Shown piece by piece: positions 26,398 to 35,994 of a stretch of DNA of 64,000 nt. This stretch comes from an uncultured SAR86 cluster bacterium. Lineage in GTDB: Bacteria; Pseudomonadota; Gammaproteobacteria; Magnimaribacterales; D2472. Each line of letters begins with the position of its first letter. The first letter of the stretch is position 1. The notes below the pieces were generated by a model, which did not search any database, was not told the origin of the DNA, and saw only the letters and a program-made list of their open reading frames with translations. The position numbers were made by a program, and so were the translations under genes. The stretch is from assembly GCA_902631785.1 (NCBI GenBank), contig CACOZT010000001.1:132741-196740 (forward strand). Direction: 5' to 3'.

Positions 26398-27342
26398 ATG
26401 AACATAAGAGTTTTCAAATTATTTTTGTATAATTATTTCTTTTGTGATTATATATCATGCTTAATAATTATTATCATGATATTTACACTATTTTACATTC
26501 TTTCATTGATCCCAAGGGTTTTTTTTATTTTTGTCATTGATTCAATTATTTATTTAAGAATTTATAAGATTTCAAAGTCTTACAAGGTTACTAAGATAAA
26601 CCTTAAAATTGCCTATCCTGAACTTAGCTCATCGAATATTGATTTACTTTCTAGAAGGTCCATTAGAGAATCTCTCGTGTCGGGGTATGAGACAATCTAT
26701 TCTTGGGGCAGATCATACGCAGAATCAAACAATCTTATCTTTAAAATTGAAAATAATTTTTTATTAAATAGAAATACTGCTAAAAATCGAGGATTAATTT
26801 GTGTAGCTATTCATAACAGAAGTGTTGATATGCTTTTAACATGGATTAACTCACAAACTCCAACAGTTAGTCTTTACAAGGAAATTAAAAATAAAGTCAT
26901 GGAATCATTTGTAAAAAATAAAAGAGAAATTAATAACTCAGTAAGTGTTAAAACCTCTATTTCAGGCGTTAGAACAATTTTTAAAGCTTTAAAAAACAAA
27001 AAAGTAATTTGTTTCGCTGCAGATCAAGTTCCCAAAAGAGGCCTAGGAGAACACATAAATTTTTATAACAAAATGGCATATACGACAACGCTTGTGCAGA
27101 ACTTAGCCTGTAAAACAAAATGTCCAACAATATATATTTGCATGAATTCAAATATAAATGGATTTAATTCTGTATCAATTAAAAGCTGTAATGAAGGTAT
27201 TTATGATAAAAGTAAGCACTTACAATTATTAAACAAAGACATAGAGCAATTGATAAACAAGAGACCGGTTGATTATTCTTGGGAATATAAAAGATTTAAA
27301 AGAAGTCTGCCCTTAGAAAATAATCCTTACGCTGGAATATAG
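26398..27342 (+). CDS. lipid A biosynthesis (Kdo2-lipid IVA) acyltransferase, LpxL/HtrB family
   Basis: About 314 aa. N-terminal TM, then an HtrB-family body (...CFAADQVPKRG...INFYNKMAYTTTL...). Start set at ATG 26398 (the ORF track uses TTG 26386). The Pseudomonas-type synteny has a lauroyl acyltransferase at this position. Confidence 0.65.
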   Translation: MNIRVFKLFLYNYFFCDYISCLIIIIMIFTLFYILSLIPRVFFIFVIDSIIYLRIYKISKSYKVTKINLKIAYPELSSSNIDLLSRRSIRESLVSGYETIYSWGRSYAESNNLIFKIENNFLLNRNTAKNRGLICVAIHNRSVDMLLTWINSQTPTVSLYKEIKNKVMESFVKNKREINNSVSVKTSISGVRTIFKALKNKKVICFAADQVPKRGLGEHINFYNKMAYTTTLVQNLACKTKCPTIYICMNSNINGFNSVSIKSCNEGIYDKSKHLQLLNKDIEQLINKRPVDYSWEYKRFKRSLPLENNPYAGI

Positions 27343-28779
27343 CTATTTAGCCCAAAACATTGGAGTTAAAATTACTAAAAGGGTAAATATCTCTAGCCTA
27401 CCAAGCAGCATAGCAAAAGCTAATATACTCTTTGTAAAAGAGCTAATATTTGAATAGTTTTCAGAAACCGTGCCTAGGCCAGGACCAAGATTATTCAAAC
27501 AGGCACCCACTGCGGAAAATGCAGACTCTAGATCTAGTCCTGATGTTAAAACCGCTAGCAAAAGTATCATAAAAGATATGACATAAATAGAGAAAAAACC
27601 CCACACTGATGTTGCCACTTCATCATCAACGCTTCTAGAGCCTATCTTTAGAGATATTACAGAATTTGGATGAATCATTTTCATAATATTAGAGTAAGCA
27701 TGATTTAACATGATCATAACTCTCCAAGATTTTACACCGCCACCAACTGAACCTGAGCAAGCTCCCACAAAAGCTCCTACAAGCAAAAGAAAAGAAACAG
27801 ATAGTGGCCAGTCTGAAGTATCAGATATTGAAAACCCCGTTGTTGTTATCATTGAAACTGAATGAAAAATGATTTCCTTAAAGTTTGGACTGTTTTCATA
27901 ATCAGTAAATGAATTAATGAATAATGATGCTGCTAAGACTAATAGTAATATAGAAAAGAAAAATCTAAACTCTGGATCATAAAAATATTTCAATGGTTTC
28001 CTTTTATATATAGCAAAATAATGAAGCGTAAAACTAAATGCCGATAACAGCATAAAAACAATACATATAATCTCTATGGTCGAACTATTAAAATAACCTA
28101 TACTCTCGTTGTGTGTTGAAAAACCCCCAATAGCAACTGTGGACATTGCATGCGAAATCGCATCAAAAGCTGACATCCCACCTAAGTAATATAAAAGAGC
28201 ACACAAAATAGTAAGGCCAAGATAGATAGACCATAAGGCTTGAGCAGTTTCTTTTATTCTTGGAGTAAGTCTTTGTTCACCCATTGCTCCAGGAATTTCT
28301 GTTTTATATATTTGACCGCCCCCAATACCCAACAATGGCATTACAGCAATTGCAAGAACAATTAGACCCATTCCTCCCATCCATTGAAGCATTTGTCTGT
28401 AAAATAAAACAGACTCTGGAAGGGCATCTATATTTGATATAACAGTTGCTCCAGTTGTTGTAATTCCAGACATTGACTCAAAGAAAGAATCAATAATGCT
28501 CATTCCGCTTAGATAGAAAGGTATTGAACCTGCAACAGATAAAACAACCCAAAACATAACTATGATTACAAATCCGTCTTTTTGGGATAGTTCGTTATTT
28601 ATATTTCTAGTCGCTGCTAATCCAATAATGCCTATTAAACTTATAGCAATTAATGTTTTTACAAAGATATGCAGTGCGCCATCATTAAAGATAATTGATA
28701 CTACAATGGGAAAAATATACGAAAAGCTAAAGAATAAAACTAAAACGCTAAACAGGTTTAATATCGATTTAGGATTCAT
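27343..28779 (-). CDS. trkH: Trk system potassium uptake protein TrkH
   Basis: 478 aa polytopic membrane protein with repeated TTTG/TVGFS-like selectivity loops (SGITTTGATV, MITTTGFS). Follows trkA. Confidence 0.93.
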   Translation of the reverse strand: MNPKSILNLFSVLVLFFSFSYIFPIVVSIIFNDGALHIFVKTLIAISLIGIIGLAATRNINNELSQKDGFVIIVMFWVVLSVAGSIPFYLSGMSIIDSFFESMSGITTTGATVISNIDALPESVLFYRQMLQWMGGMGLIVLAIAVMPLLGIGGGQIYKTEIPGAMGEQRLTPRIKETAQALWSIYLGLTILCALLYYLGGMSAFDAISHAMSTVAIGGFSTHNESIGYFNSSTIEIICIVFMLLSAFSFTLHYFAIYKRKPLKYFYDPEFRFFFSILLLVLAASLFINSFTDYENSPNFKEIIFHSVSMITTTGFSISDTSDWPLSVSFLLLVGAFVGACSGSVGGGVKSWRVMIMLNHAYSNIMKMIHPNSVISLKIGSRSVDDEVATSVWGFFSIYVISFMILLLAVLTSGLDLESAFSAVGACLNNLGPGLGTVSENYSNISSFTKSILAFAMLLGRLEIFTLLVILTPMFWAK

Positions 28780-30134
28780 TATTTTGTTTTAAATAAAACC
28801 TCAACATCAGAAACCATATCTTTATTTGCTAAGAATATAATTAGATGATCATTTAAACAAAGCTCAACATCAGAATCAGGCATTACAAGCTCACCATGAC
28901 GAACAACCGCACCAATCGAAGCCCCTTCAGGTAATGGTATCTCTTTGACTGATTTTCCAAATAAATTAGAAGTAAATTCATTTGCATGAACAACGCCCTC
29001 AATAGCCTCAGCACCAGTATCCATTTTTAATAGTACATCTTGAGTTACATCACTTTCTCTTAGATCTTGAAGTACAGAAGAAACCGTGAGCCTGTATGGT
29101 GCAATATATATATCAATAAAACCAGGAACGAGTCCCAGGTATGATGGATTATTTAAAATAATCATTGTTTTTTTTGCACCCATTTTTTTAGCTAGCAGCG
29201 AAGACATTAGGTTGGTTTCGTCATCATCTGTAAGAGCACAAAAGATATCAATGTTTGATATATTTTCACTTTTTAGGAGGTCCTCATCCGTTGCAGACCC
29301 ACTTAGGACAATTGTTTTATCAAGATTTTTAGATAATTCTTTGCATTTTTGTTTATTTGAATCAACTAATTTTACTTTGTAATCATTTTCTAGCTCTTTT
29401 GCTAACGAATAACCTATTTTTCCTCCCCCGATGATCATAACTCTAGAATAAACGTCAACTTTATCTCGAAATTCATTAACTATCTGATCAATATTTGAAG
29501 CTGAAGATACAAAGTAAACCTCATCTCCTTCTTTAATGATAGTTTCGCCAGATGGAATAAAAGGTTTGCCCTTTCTATATATAGATGCCACAAATGCATC
29601 TGCGTTTGGCATGTCCTCTTTAATACCTTTAAGTTCTCGTCCAACAAGCTTGCCCTTTTTCTTTGCCTTTACACTTACAAGATTTACCATCCCATCAGCA
29701 AATTTCTCTATTTGCTCAGTTCCAGGATGCTGGATAAGTTCTTTTAGATGATTCATCACCTCTTTTTCAGGACTGATAACAATGTCAATAATTTCATTGC
29801 CAAACAAACTTAAATCTTCTGAATAAGTTTCCTCAGATAGTCTGCAAATTGTTTTCTTAACATTAAAATTATTTTTTGCGATCTGGCATGCAATTAAATT
29901 TACTTCGTCATTTGAAGTTACTGCGATAACAGTTGTAGAATCATCAGCACCTGCTTTTTTAATTGAAAGGGGATGAGATGCGTGTCCTTCGACTGTTAAA
30001 ATATCTAACTTATCTTCCAAAGCAGCAAGTATAGATTTATCGTGGTCAACAATCGAAACGTCATAGTTATTATTAACTAATGCAGTAGCAAGACTTCCAC
30101 CAACACGACCAGCACCTAAAATTAGCACTTTCAT
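28779..30134 (-). CDS. trkA: Trk system potassium uptake protein TrkA
   Basis: 451 aa. Two RCK/NAD-binding halves (ILGAGRVGG and IIGGGKIGY). Confidence 0.94.
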   Translation of the reverse strand: MKVLILGAGRVGGSLATALVNNNYDVSIVDHDKSILAALEDKLDILTVEGHASHPLSIKKAGADDSTTVIAVTSNDEVNLIACQIAKNNFNVKKTICRLSEETYSEDLSLFGNEIIDIVISPEKEVMNHLKELIQHPGTEQIEKFADGMVNLVSVKAKKKGKLVGRELKGIKEDMPNADAFVASIYRKGKPFIPSGETIIKEGDEVYFVSSASNIDQIVNEFRDKVDVYSRVMIIGGGKIGYSLAKELENDYKVKLVDSNKQKCKELSKNLDKTIVLSGSATDEDLLKSENISNIDIFCALTDDDETNLMSSLLAKKMGAKKTMIILNNPSYLGLVPGFIDIYIAPYRLTVSSVLQDLRESDVTQDVLLKMDTGAEAIEGVVHANEFTSNLFGKSVKEIPLPEGASIGAVVRHGELVMPDSDVELCLNDHLIIFLANKDMVSDVEVLFKTK

Positions 30135-30191
30135 AGTGTGTAAATTAAACCTCTTTTTAAATAAAGCAAGACTTATTGTATAAATTTATTT

Positions 30192-31112
30192 TTATTTAAA
30201 AAATTCTTTATAAGAATTATATAGATCATTTGATGAAATAATATTCTTATTTTGGAACTGTAAGTAAGTAATCACTACCATTTTATCCATTGTATTTACG
30301 TACAAACCACTTTTATCAATTTTATGGAATGTTCCAGGACTGCCACTACTATCTATATTGGTTTTTTCTATTTTATGTATTTTGATTAATTTTTCTTTGT
30401 GTTTAAAACTTATACCAGGCCATTCAATATACGCTTTAAATTTGTTAATTATATTTGCACTCTTGTCGTTAAAAGTTATTTCAGAATCTTGCTTTAATAC
30501 TTTATTACAATATGTTGCACTTGAGTGATCTTGTGGCAAAGCCTTTAATTTATTTGAATTTATTTTCTTAAGCACATTAAATAAGTTTGCATTGCATAAT
30601 TCAGTTAGTTTGTTTTCAAGTGAAATTTTATCGTCATCCTCATCAACTATTTGAACAAAGCTGGAATAAACATCTCCTGAATCAAGCTCATCATTTATTT
30701 TGATTATTGTTATGCCGGATTCAGCGTCAGCATTTAATAATGCTGATTGTATTGGCGATGCTCCCCTGTATTTTGGCAGAATTGAAAAATGAACATTGAT
30801 TGATGTAATTTTAGGTAATTCTATTAGCCAATCAGGTATAAGTTTTCCATAGGCAACTACAATAAGAAATTCTATATCTAATGATGATAGTTCTGCTTTG
30901 AAGTGTTTGTCATTTAGGTTTGTCGGTTTAAATACAGGAATATTTAATAATTTAGCTTTTTCTGCCACTTGTGATTCAACAAGTTTATTACCTCTTTTAC
31001 CTCTTTTATCTGGTTGAGTTATAACTGCTTTAATTCTTAATCCGGCCTTATTTGATAAAGAATCTAATACTTTAGCAGAGCTAATAGGGCTTCCAGCAAA
31101 TAAAATATTCAT
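30192..31112 (-). CDS. fmt: methionyl-tRNA formyltransferase
   Basis: 306 aa. N-terminal MNILFAGSP and HFSILPKYRGASPIQ motif. def-fmt synteny. Confidence 0.95.
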   Translation of the reverse strand: MNILFAGSPISSAKVLDSLSNKAGLRIKAVITQPDKRGKRGNKLVESQVAEKAKLLNIPVFKPTNLNDKHFKAELSSLDIEFLIVVAYGKLIPDWLIELPKITSINVHFSILPKYRGASPIQSALLNADAESGITIIKINDELDSGDVYSSFVQIVDEDDDKISLENKLTELCNANLFNVLKKINSNKLKALPQDHSSATYCNKVLKQDSEITFNDKSANIINKFKAYIEWPGISFKHKEKLIKIHKIEKTNIDSSGSPGTFHKIDKSGLYVNTMDKMVVITYLQFQNKNIISSNDLYNSYKEFFK

Positions 31113-31130
31113 TAATTTTTATAAAATCTG

Positions 31131-31640
31131 TTAATTTCTTTTAAAATCTTTTAATAACTTGCTTCTTATTCGATCTCTTTTTAAAGCACTGACATAATCA
31201 ACCATTAATTTTCCATCTAAGTGATCTATTTCATGCTGAATACACACCGTAAGAATGCCTTCAGGTGTATCCTCAAGGGTCTCTCCACTTAAATTCTGCC
31301 AAATTAGCCTTATTTTATCTGGCCTAGCTATTGTTTCGTTAAATCCTGGTATAGACAAGCAACCTTCTTCAAATTCAAATAAATTGTGGCCATCAAGAAC
31401 CTCATATTCAGGATTTACAAATATTCTAGGTTCATTTCTTTCTTCTGATAAGTCCATAACAACTAATCTTATGTGTTTATCCACTTGTGTTGCTGCCAGG
31501 CCTATACCATTGGCTTCATACATAGTATCAAGCATATCATTTGCTAACTTTTCTAGACATTTGTCGAATTTAGTAACTTTTTCAGCAACTTTCCTTAGTC
31601 TAGGGTCCGGAAATATCAAAATATTCAATTTTTTAGCCAT
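31131..31640 (-). CDS. def: peptide deformylase
   Basis: 169 aa. Motifs GIGLAATQV, EGCLSIPG, QHEIDHLDG. Confidence 0.97.
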   Translation of the reverse strand: MAKKLNILIFPDPRLRKVAEKVTKFDKCLEKLANDMLDTMYEANGIGLAATQVDKHIRLVVMDLSEERNEPRIFVNPEYEVLDGHNLFEFEEGCLSIPGFNETIARPDKIRLIWQNLSGETLEDTPEGILTVCIQHEIDHLDGKLMVDYVSALKRDRIRSKLLKDFKRN

Positions 31641-31655
31641 TTTTGGTTTTTTTTC

Positions 31656-31677
31656 ATTATAATTTGCGGATTATAAT
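31656..31677. promoter_or_regulatory. two copies of palindromic ATTATAAT (TATAAT readable on both strands) in the def/purE divergent spacer; candidate -10 elements
   Basis: Copies at 31656..31663 and 31670..31677, 14 bp apart, inside a 64-bp divergent spacer. The plus-strand TATAAT at 31672..31677 lies 27 bp upstream of the purE ATG. Confidence 0.35.
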
Positions 31678-31704
31678 CCAGTTAACTATTTAAGAGTACA
31701 TAAA

Positions 31705-32205
31705 ATGACAAATGAAACAGTTCAAGTAGCAATAATAATGGGTTCTGACTCAGATTTGCCTGTTGTTGAGGCCAGTTTTTCAATATTAGATGATTTTGGT
31801 GTCAAATATACCAAAAACGTTATGTCTGCCCACAGAACGCCTCATGATGTTATGGACCTTATAAAAAAGTCTGAAGAAAACGGATGTAAAGTTTTTATAG
31901 CTGCAGCAGGTATGGCAGCGCATCTTGCTGGTGCTGTAGCTGCTCACTCAACTAAGCCTGTTATTGGTATTCCAATAGAGTCAGGAGGCATGGGTGGAAT
32001 TGATTCATTATTATCAACAGCAATGATGCCACCAGGCGTCCCTGTTGCAACAGTTGCGGTTGGAAAAAGCGGCGCAAAAAATAGTGCAATCTTGGCCGTC
32101 CAGATTCTTGCAACTAGCGATGAAGATCTTGCTAAGAAATTAGTCGACTACAAACAAAATATGAGATCTGAAGTTTTAGAAAAAGACAAAAAACTTAATT
32201 CATAA
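31705..32205 (+). CDS. purE: 5-(carboxyamino)imidazole ribonucleotide mutase
   Basis: 166 aa. Motifs IIMGSDSDLPV and SAHRTP. Confidence 0.95.
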   Translation: MTNETVQVAIIMGSDSDLPVVEASFSILDDFGVKYTKNVMSAHRTPHDVMDLIKKSEENGCKVFIAAAGMAAHLAGAVAAHSTKPVIGIPIESGGMGGIDSLLSTAMMPPGVPVATVAVGKSGAKNSAILAVQILATSDEDLAKKLVDYKQNMRSEVLEKDKKLNS

Positions 32206-32766
32206 TTGAAAACTAATTCTCTTAATATCGACTCATCTGTTGAGTGGTTAAATGCCGGTAAAATTCTTATTCATCCGACTGAGTCAATTTGGGGTTTAGG
32301 ATGTGATGCCATGAATGAAAAGGCAGTGAATCTCATCTTCAAAATAAAAAAAAGAGACAAAAAAAAGAGTTTTATTTTGCTAATTGATTCTCTAATTTCA
32401 TTTGAAAAATACTTGCAAGACATTGATGATAAAGACAGATTTTATTTAGACGAACATTGGCCTGGACCCTATACTTTTTTGGTCAAATATAATGATAATC
32501 TTCCATCACATTTAAAAAATGAAACAGGTAAAATAGCTATAAGAGTAAGTAATCACTTACCTATTAAGCATTTGTTTAAAAGCTATACTGGTTTCATTGT
32601 TTCAACCTCTGCTAACATTTCTGGTGAGGAAAACATGCATGACCCTGATGAGATCATTAATTTTTTTGAATATGATGAATTGGCATATTATGATGAATTA
32701 TTAGGCAATAATAAAAGACCTTCAAAGATCATTGATTTAGAATCCAGATCAATTATCAGAGCATAA
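32206..32766 (+). CDS. tsaC: L-threonylcarbamoyladenylate synthase (YrdC/TsaC type)
   Basis: 186 aa. YrdC domain (IHPTESIWGLGCDA..., STSANISGE). A TTG start is required because the conserved block precedes the first ATG. Confidence 0.88.
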   Translation: MKTNSLNIDSSVEWLNAGKILIHPTESIWGLGCDAMNEKAVNLIFKIKKRDKKKSFILLIDSLISFEKYLQDIDDKDRFYLDEHWPGPYTFLVKYNDNLPSHLKNETGKIAIRVSNHLPIKHLFKSYTGFIVSTSANISGEENMHDPDEIINFFEYDELAYYDELLGNNKRPSKIIDLESRSIIRA

Positions 32767-32767
32767 T

Positions 32768-33673
32768 ATGTTAACAACTTTAGAAAAATCATTTAAGAAA
32801 ATTCAATCATCAATTATCAACAATTTTAAACAAGTTGAGAGTTCAAACGAAACTCAAATATCATCTGATACATGGAAAAGAACTGAGGGCGGAGGCGGAA
32901 AAACTTTTGTAATTTCCGATGGTAATTTTTTTGATAATTGTGCTGTAAATTTTTCTTCTATATACGGTGATAAGATGCCCGATAGCGCTCTTGGTAAAAA
33001 ATTAGCAAAAAAAATTGATTATGGCTATCAAGCAATGGGAGTTTCTGTTATTTCTCATCCCAAAAATCCATATGTTCCATCAAGTCATATGAATGTTCGT
33101 CTATTTGGAATATTAGATAAAGATAAGCACATCAAAGAATGGTGGATTGGAGGTGGATATGACTTAACACCCTTCATTCCTTTTTCAGAAGACATTATTA
33201 GCTGGCATAATGCAGCTAAAAATACTCTAAATAAATATGATAAAAATTTCTACAAGATATTTTCTGAGAATTGCAACAATTATTTTTACATACCACACAG
33301 AAAAGAGAGAAGGGGCGTGGGTGGAATCTTTTTTGACAATTTGTCCATCCTAAGTCTTGATGATAGTTTAGACATGTTAAATTCCATCGCGAATACATAC
33401 ATAGAATCATATTTAGACATTATCTCTAAGAGAAATAAAATAAAATACTCACCTGAAGAAAAGGAGTTTCAACTAATAAGAAGGGGTAGGTACGCTGAAT
33501 TTAATTTAATATATGATAGAGGTACTTCATTCGGCCTTCAGTCAAACGGAAGAATTGAGTCTATTTTGGCTTCGTTGCCATCGGATGTTAAATGGAAGTA
33601 TAAGAAAAGTAAAAAATATAAAATGATGGAAAATACCCTCTTAAAAAATATTAATAAAAATTGGAATGAATAA
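32768..33673 (+). CDS. hemF: oxygen-dependent coproporphyrinogen III oxidase
   Basis: 301 aa. Motifs WKRTEGGGGKTFVI, HMNVR, RGRYAEFNLIYDRGT. Confidence 0.95.
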   Translation: MLTTLEKSFKKIQSSIINNFKQVESSNETQISSDTWKRTEGGGGKTFVISDGNFFDNCAVNFSSIYGDKMPDSALGKKLAKKIDYGYQAMGVSVISHPKNPYVPSSHMNVRLFGILDKDKHIKEWWIGGGYDLTPFIPFSEDIISWHNAAKNTLNKYDKNFYKIFSENCNNYFYIPHRKERRGVGGIFFDNLSILSLDDSLDMLNSIANTYIESYLDIISKRNKIKYSPEEKEFQLIRRGRYAEFNLIYDRGTSFGLQSNGRIESILASLPSDVKWKYKKSKKYKMMENTLLKNINKNWNE

Positions 33674-34484
33674 AAAATACAAACTTGGAGTTGTAGGTCA
33701 ACCAATTGAACATTCGTTATCTCCTTTCATTCATTCAAGATTTTCAAGAAACGAAAATATCAATATTGAATATCTACCTTATAAAGTAGATGAACATGAC
33801 TTTGAGAATTTTATAAAAGATTTTTTTTCAGACAGGGATGCGAAAGGATTAAATATAACTCTTCCTTATAAGAAAAACGCAGCAAGCCTTGAAGGCAATA
33901 TTTCCTCAGAAGCAAAATATATTAACGCAGTAAATACTCTCGTGAAATCAAAAGACGAACTTTCATTATATTCAACAGATGGAAAAGGCTTTATAGATGA
34001 TATCGATTCCAAGGGGCTAGTTTTAAAAAATAAAAACGTTCTTATAATTGGTGCAGGTGCTGCTGTTGAAAGTGTTTTATATAGGATTGCAAAAAGCAGC
34101 ACCAAAACAATAACAGTTTTAAACAGAACTGAAGAAAAGGCTGATCGATTAACTAGGAAATTTTCTAATATGACAACAATTAGTTCGTCTCTTGAAAAAC
34201 AAGATAGTCCCTTTGATATAGTTATAAATGGATCTTCGGCAGGCTTAACTGGAGAATTTGAGCCAATTCATGACCTATTAACAAACTCAAAGACTTATTT
34301 TTATGATTTGAATTATTCTTTAACTGAAACACCATTTTGTAAATGGGCGAATGAAAATTCACGAAACGTATTTGATGGTATTGGAATGCTTGTATATCAA
34401 GCTGCTCATTCTTTTGAAAAATGGTTTAATGTTTTTCCTGAGACCGACAGCGTTATAAGTGACCTTGAGGGGATGAGAGAATGA
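33666..34484 (+). CDS. aroE: shikimate dehydrogenase
   Basis: 272 aa. N-terminal GVVGQPIEHSLSPFIH, NITLPYK, GAGAA Rossmann motif. hemF-aroE synteny. Confidence 0.94.
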   Translation: MNKKYKLGVVGQPIEHSLSPFIHSRFSRNENINIEYLPYKVDEHDFENFIKDFFSDRDAKGLNITLPYKKNAASLEGNISSEAKYINAVNTLVKSKDELSLYSTDGKGFIDDIDSKGLVLKNKNVLIIGAGAAVESVLYRIAKSSTKTITVLNRTEEKADRLTRKFSNMTTISSSLEKQDSPFDIVINGSSAGLTGEFEPIHDLLTNSKTYFYDLNYSLTETPFCKWANENSRNVFDGIGMLVYQAAHSFEKWFNVFPETDSVISDLEGMRE

Positions 34485-34690
34485 AGCGATTTGTTCAGTT
34501 TATTGCTGGAGCAATATGTCCTGAGTGTAAATCGCAGGATACAATTGCTCTTAATCCAGCAGATGATGAAATTTATTGCGTTAACTGCGATTTTGTTGAA
34601 AAAAGACCCGAGGAAAAATCAAAACATAATATTGATGAAATCAAAGTAATTAATATAGAAGATTATAAGAAAAACAGAGATAAAAACTGA
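34481..34690 (+). CDS. yheV: YheV-family putative zinc-ribbon protein
   Basis: 69 aa. RFxxFIAGAxCPxC ... CVxC four-Cys pattern, as in E. coli YheV. Confidence 0.7.
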   Translation: MKRFVQFIAGAICPECKSQDTIALNPADDEIYCVNCDFVEKRPEEKSKHNIDEIKVINIEDYKKNRDKN

Positions 34691-34746
34691 TAGAAATTAA
34701 ACCTTCAAACATATATCATACATAACACAAAAAAGTGCTTTTTTAC

Positions 34747-34776
34747 TTGGTTGTGTATATATAAATAGCTTATAAT
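34747..34776 (+). promoter_or_regulatory. candidate sigma70 promoter of the cox operon (TTGGTT-N18-TATAAT)
   Basis: Perfect TATAAT at 34771..34776, 52 bp upstream of the coxB ATG, in a 138-bp spacer. Confidence 0.35.
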
Positions 34777-34828
34777 GCACTATAACTAAATTTTATTATT
34801 ATAAGACACACTTATACTTGGGCGGATA

Positions 34829-35980
34829 ATGTTACTTAATCTTTTTAGTAAGACAAAAAGGAATATATTTCTACTAGCTTTCTTCTTGCTAGTTTCACCT
34901 TTTATGCAAGCTGATTGGTTTGCGTTAAATATGACTCGTGGCAGCACGGACATAAGTAACGAGGTTTTTGAGCTGCATATGCTTATCTTTTGGATATGTG
35001 TAGCGATAGGCGTTGTAGTTTTTAGCGTAATGTTTTACTCAATGTGGGCCCATACCAAGGAAAAAAATCCTGTACCTGCAAAATTTCATGAAAATCATAA
35101 GCTTGAAATAGCATGGACTATCATTCCGTTTTTAATTTTAATCGCAATGGCCGTTCCAGCTTCAAAAACATTAGTGAAAATTTATGATGATGAGGCTGGA
35201 GACATAAATATCCAAGTAACCGGATATCAATGGAAGTGGCAATACAGATACTTGGAAGATGATGTAAGCTTCTTCTCGAATTTATCTACTGATTTAGATG
35301 AAATATATAACCTTGTTCCAAAGGGTGAAAATTACTTGCAAGAAGTTGATGAGATGGTGGTTATCCCTGCAGGTAAAAAAGTTAGATTTTTAATAACAGC
35401 AAATGATGTAATTCATTCATGGTGGTTGCCTGCATTTGCAATAAAACAAGACGCAATTCCTGGATTTGTAAATACAGCTTGGACTGTAGTCGATGAGCCT
35501 GGTATTTATAGAGGCAAATGCACTGAATTATGCGGAAAAAATCACGGCTTTATGCCTATTGTAGTAAAGGTCGTTGAACAACCAGAATATGATGAATGGG
35601 TATACAACAAGAAGCAAGAAGCAATCAAGATGGCCGAATTAACAACTAAAGAGTGGACAGCAGCAGAATTAGTTGAAAGAGGTCAGAGCATTTATGAAGT
35701 AAATTGTGTAGCGTGTCACCAAACATCTGGTCAGGGCATATCAGGAATATTTCCTGCACTCGCAGGAAGCGATGTTGTTATGAACAATAAGGATAGAAAC
35801 ATTGAGATACTTATGGAAGGGGTTCAAGGAGCAGCCATGAACTCATTCAGTTATCTCTCAGAAGTTGAGCTTGCAGCAGTTATTACATATACAAGACAAT
35901 CATGGGGTAATGCAGAAAAAGGAGACGGAGAGATCGTTATACCTAAAGATATTGTAGATTATAAAAAACCAAAGATTTAA
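34829..35980 (+). CDS. coxB: cytochrome c oxidase subunit II with C-terminal cytochrome c domain
   Basis: 383 aa. CuA site HSWWLP...CTELCGKNHGFM. C-terminal CVACH haem-binding motif. Confidence 0.95.
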   Translation: MLLNLFSKTKRNIFLLAFFLLVSPFMQADWFALNMTRGSTDISNEVFELHMLIFWICVAIGVVVFSVMFYSMWAHTKEKNPVPAKFHENHKLEIAWTIIPFLILIAMAVPASKTLVKIYDDEAGDINIQVTGYQWKWQYRYLEDDVSFFSNLSTDLDEIYNLVPKGENYLQEVDEMVVIPAGKKVRFLITANDVIHSWWLPAFAIKQDAIPGFVNTAWTVVDEPGIYRGKCTELCGKNHGFMPIVVKVVEQPEYDEWVYNKKQEAIKMAELTTKEWTAAELVERGQSIYEVNCVACHQTSGQGISGIFPALAGSDVVMNNKDRNIEILMEGVQGAAMNSFSYLSEVELAAVITYTRQSWGNAEKGDGEIVIPKDIVDYKKPKI

Positions 35981-35994
35981 TATAGGAAAATATT

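Noticed and set aside
31255-31662. Long antisense or alternative-frame ORFs inside well-supported genes. Examples: 31255..31662, 55819..56283, 44254..44664, 14263..14688, 39537..39911, 3807..4160, 54683..54991, 49250..49501
   Set aside because: Each is fully embedded in a conserved housekeeping gene on the other strand or in another frame. Each has Ser/Leu/Phe-rich shadow-ORF composition. None has a start context or recognisable domain.
34725-34750. A6G-TG-CT6 palindrome (acaaaaaagtgcttttttac) after yheV as an intrinsic terminator
   Set aside because: The stem would be A-U pairs only, with a loop of 2-4 nt. That is too weak to call a terminator from sequence alone.
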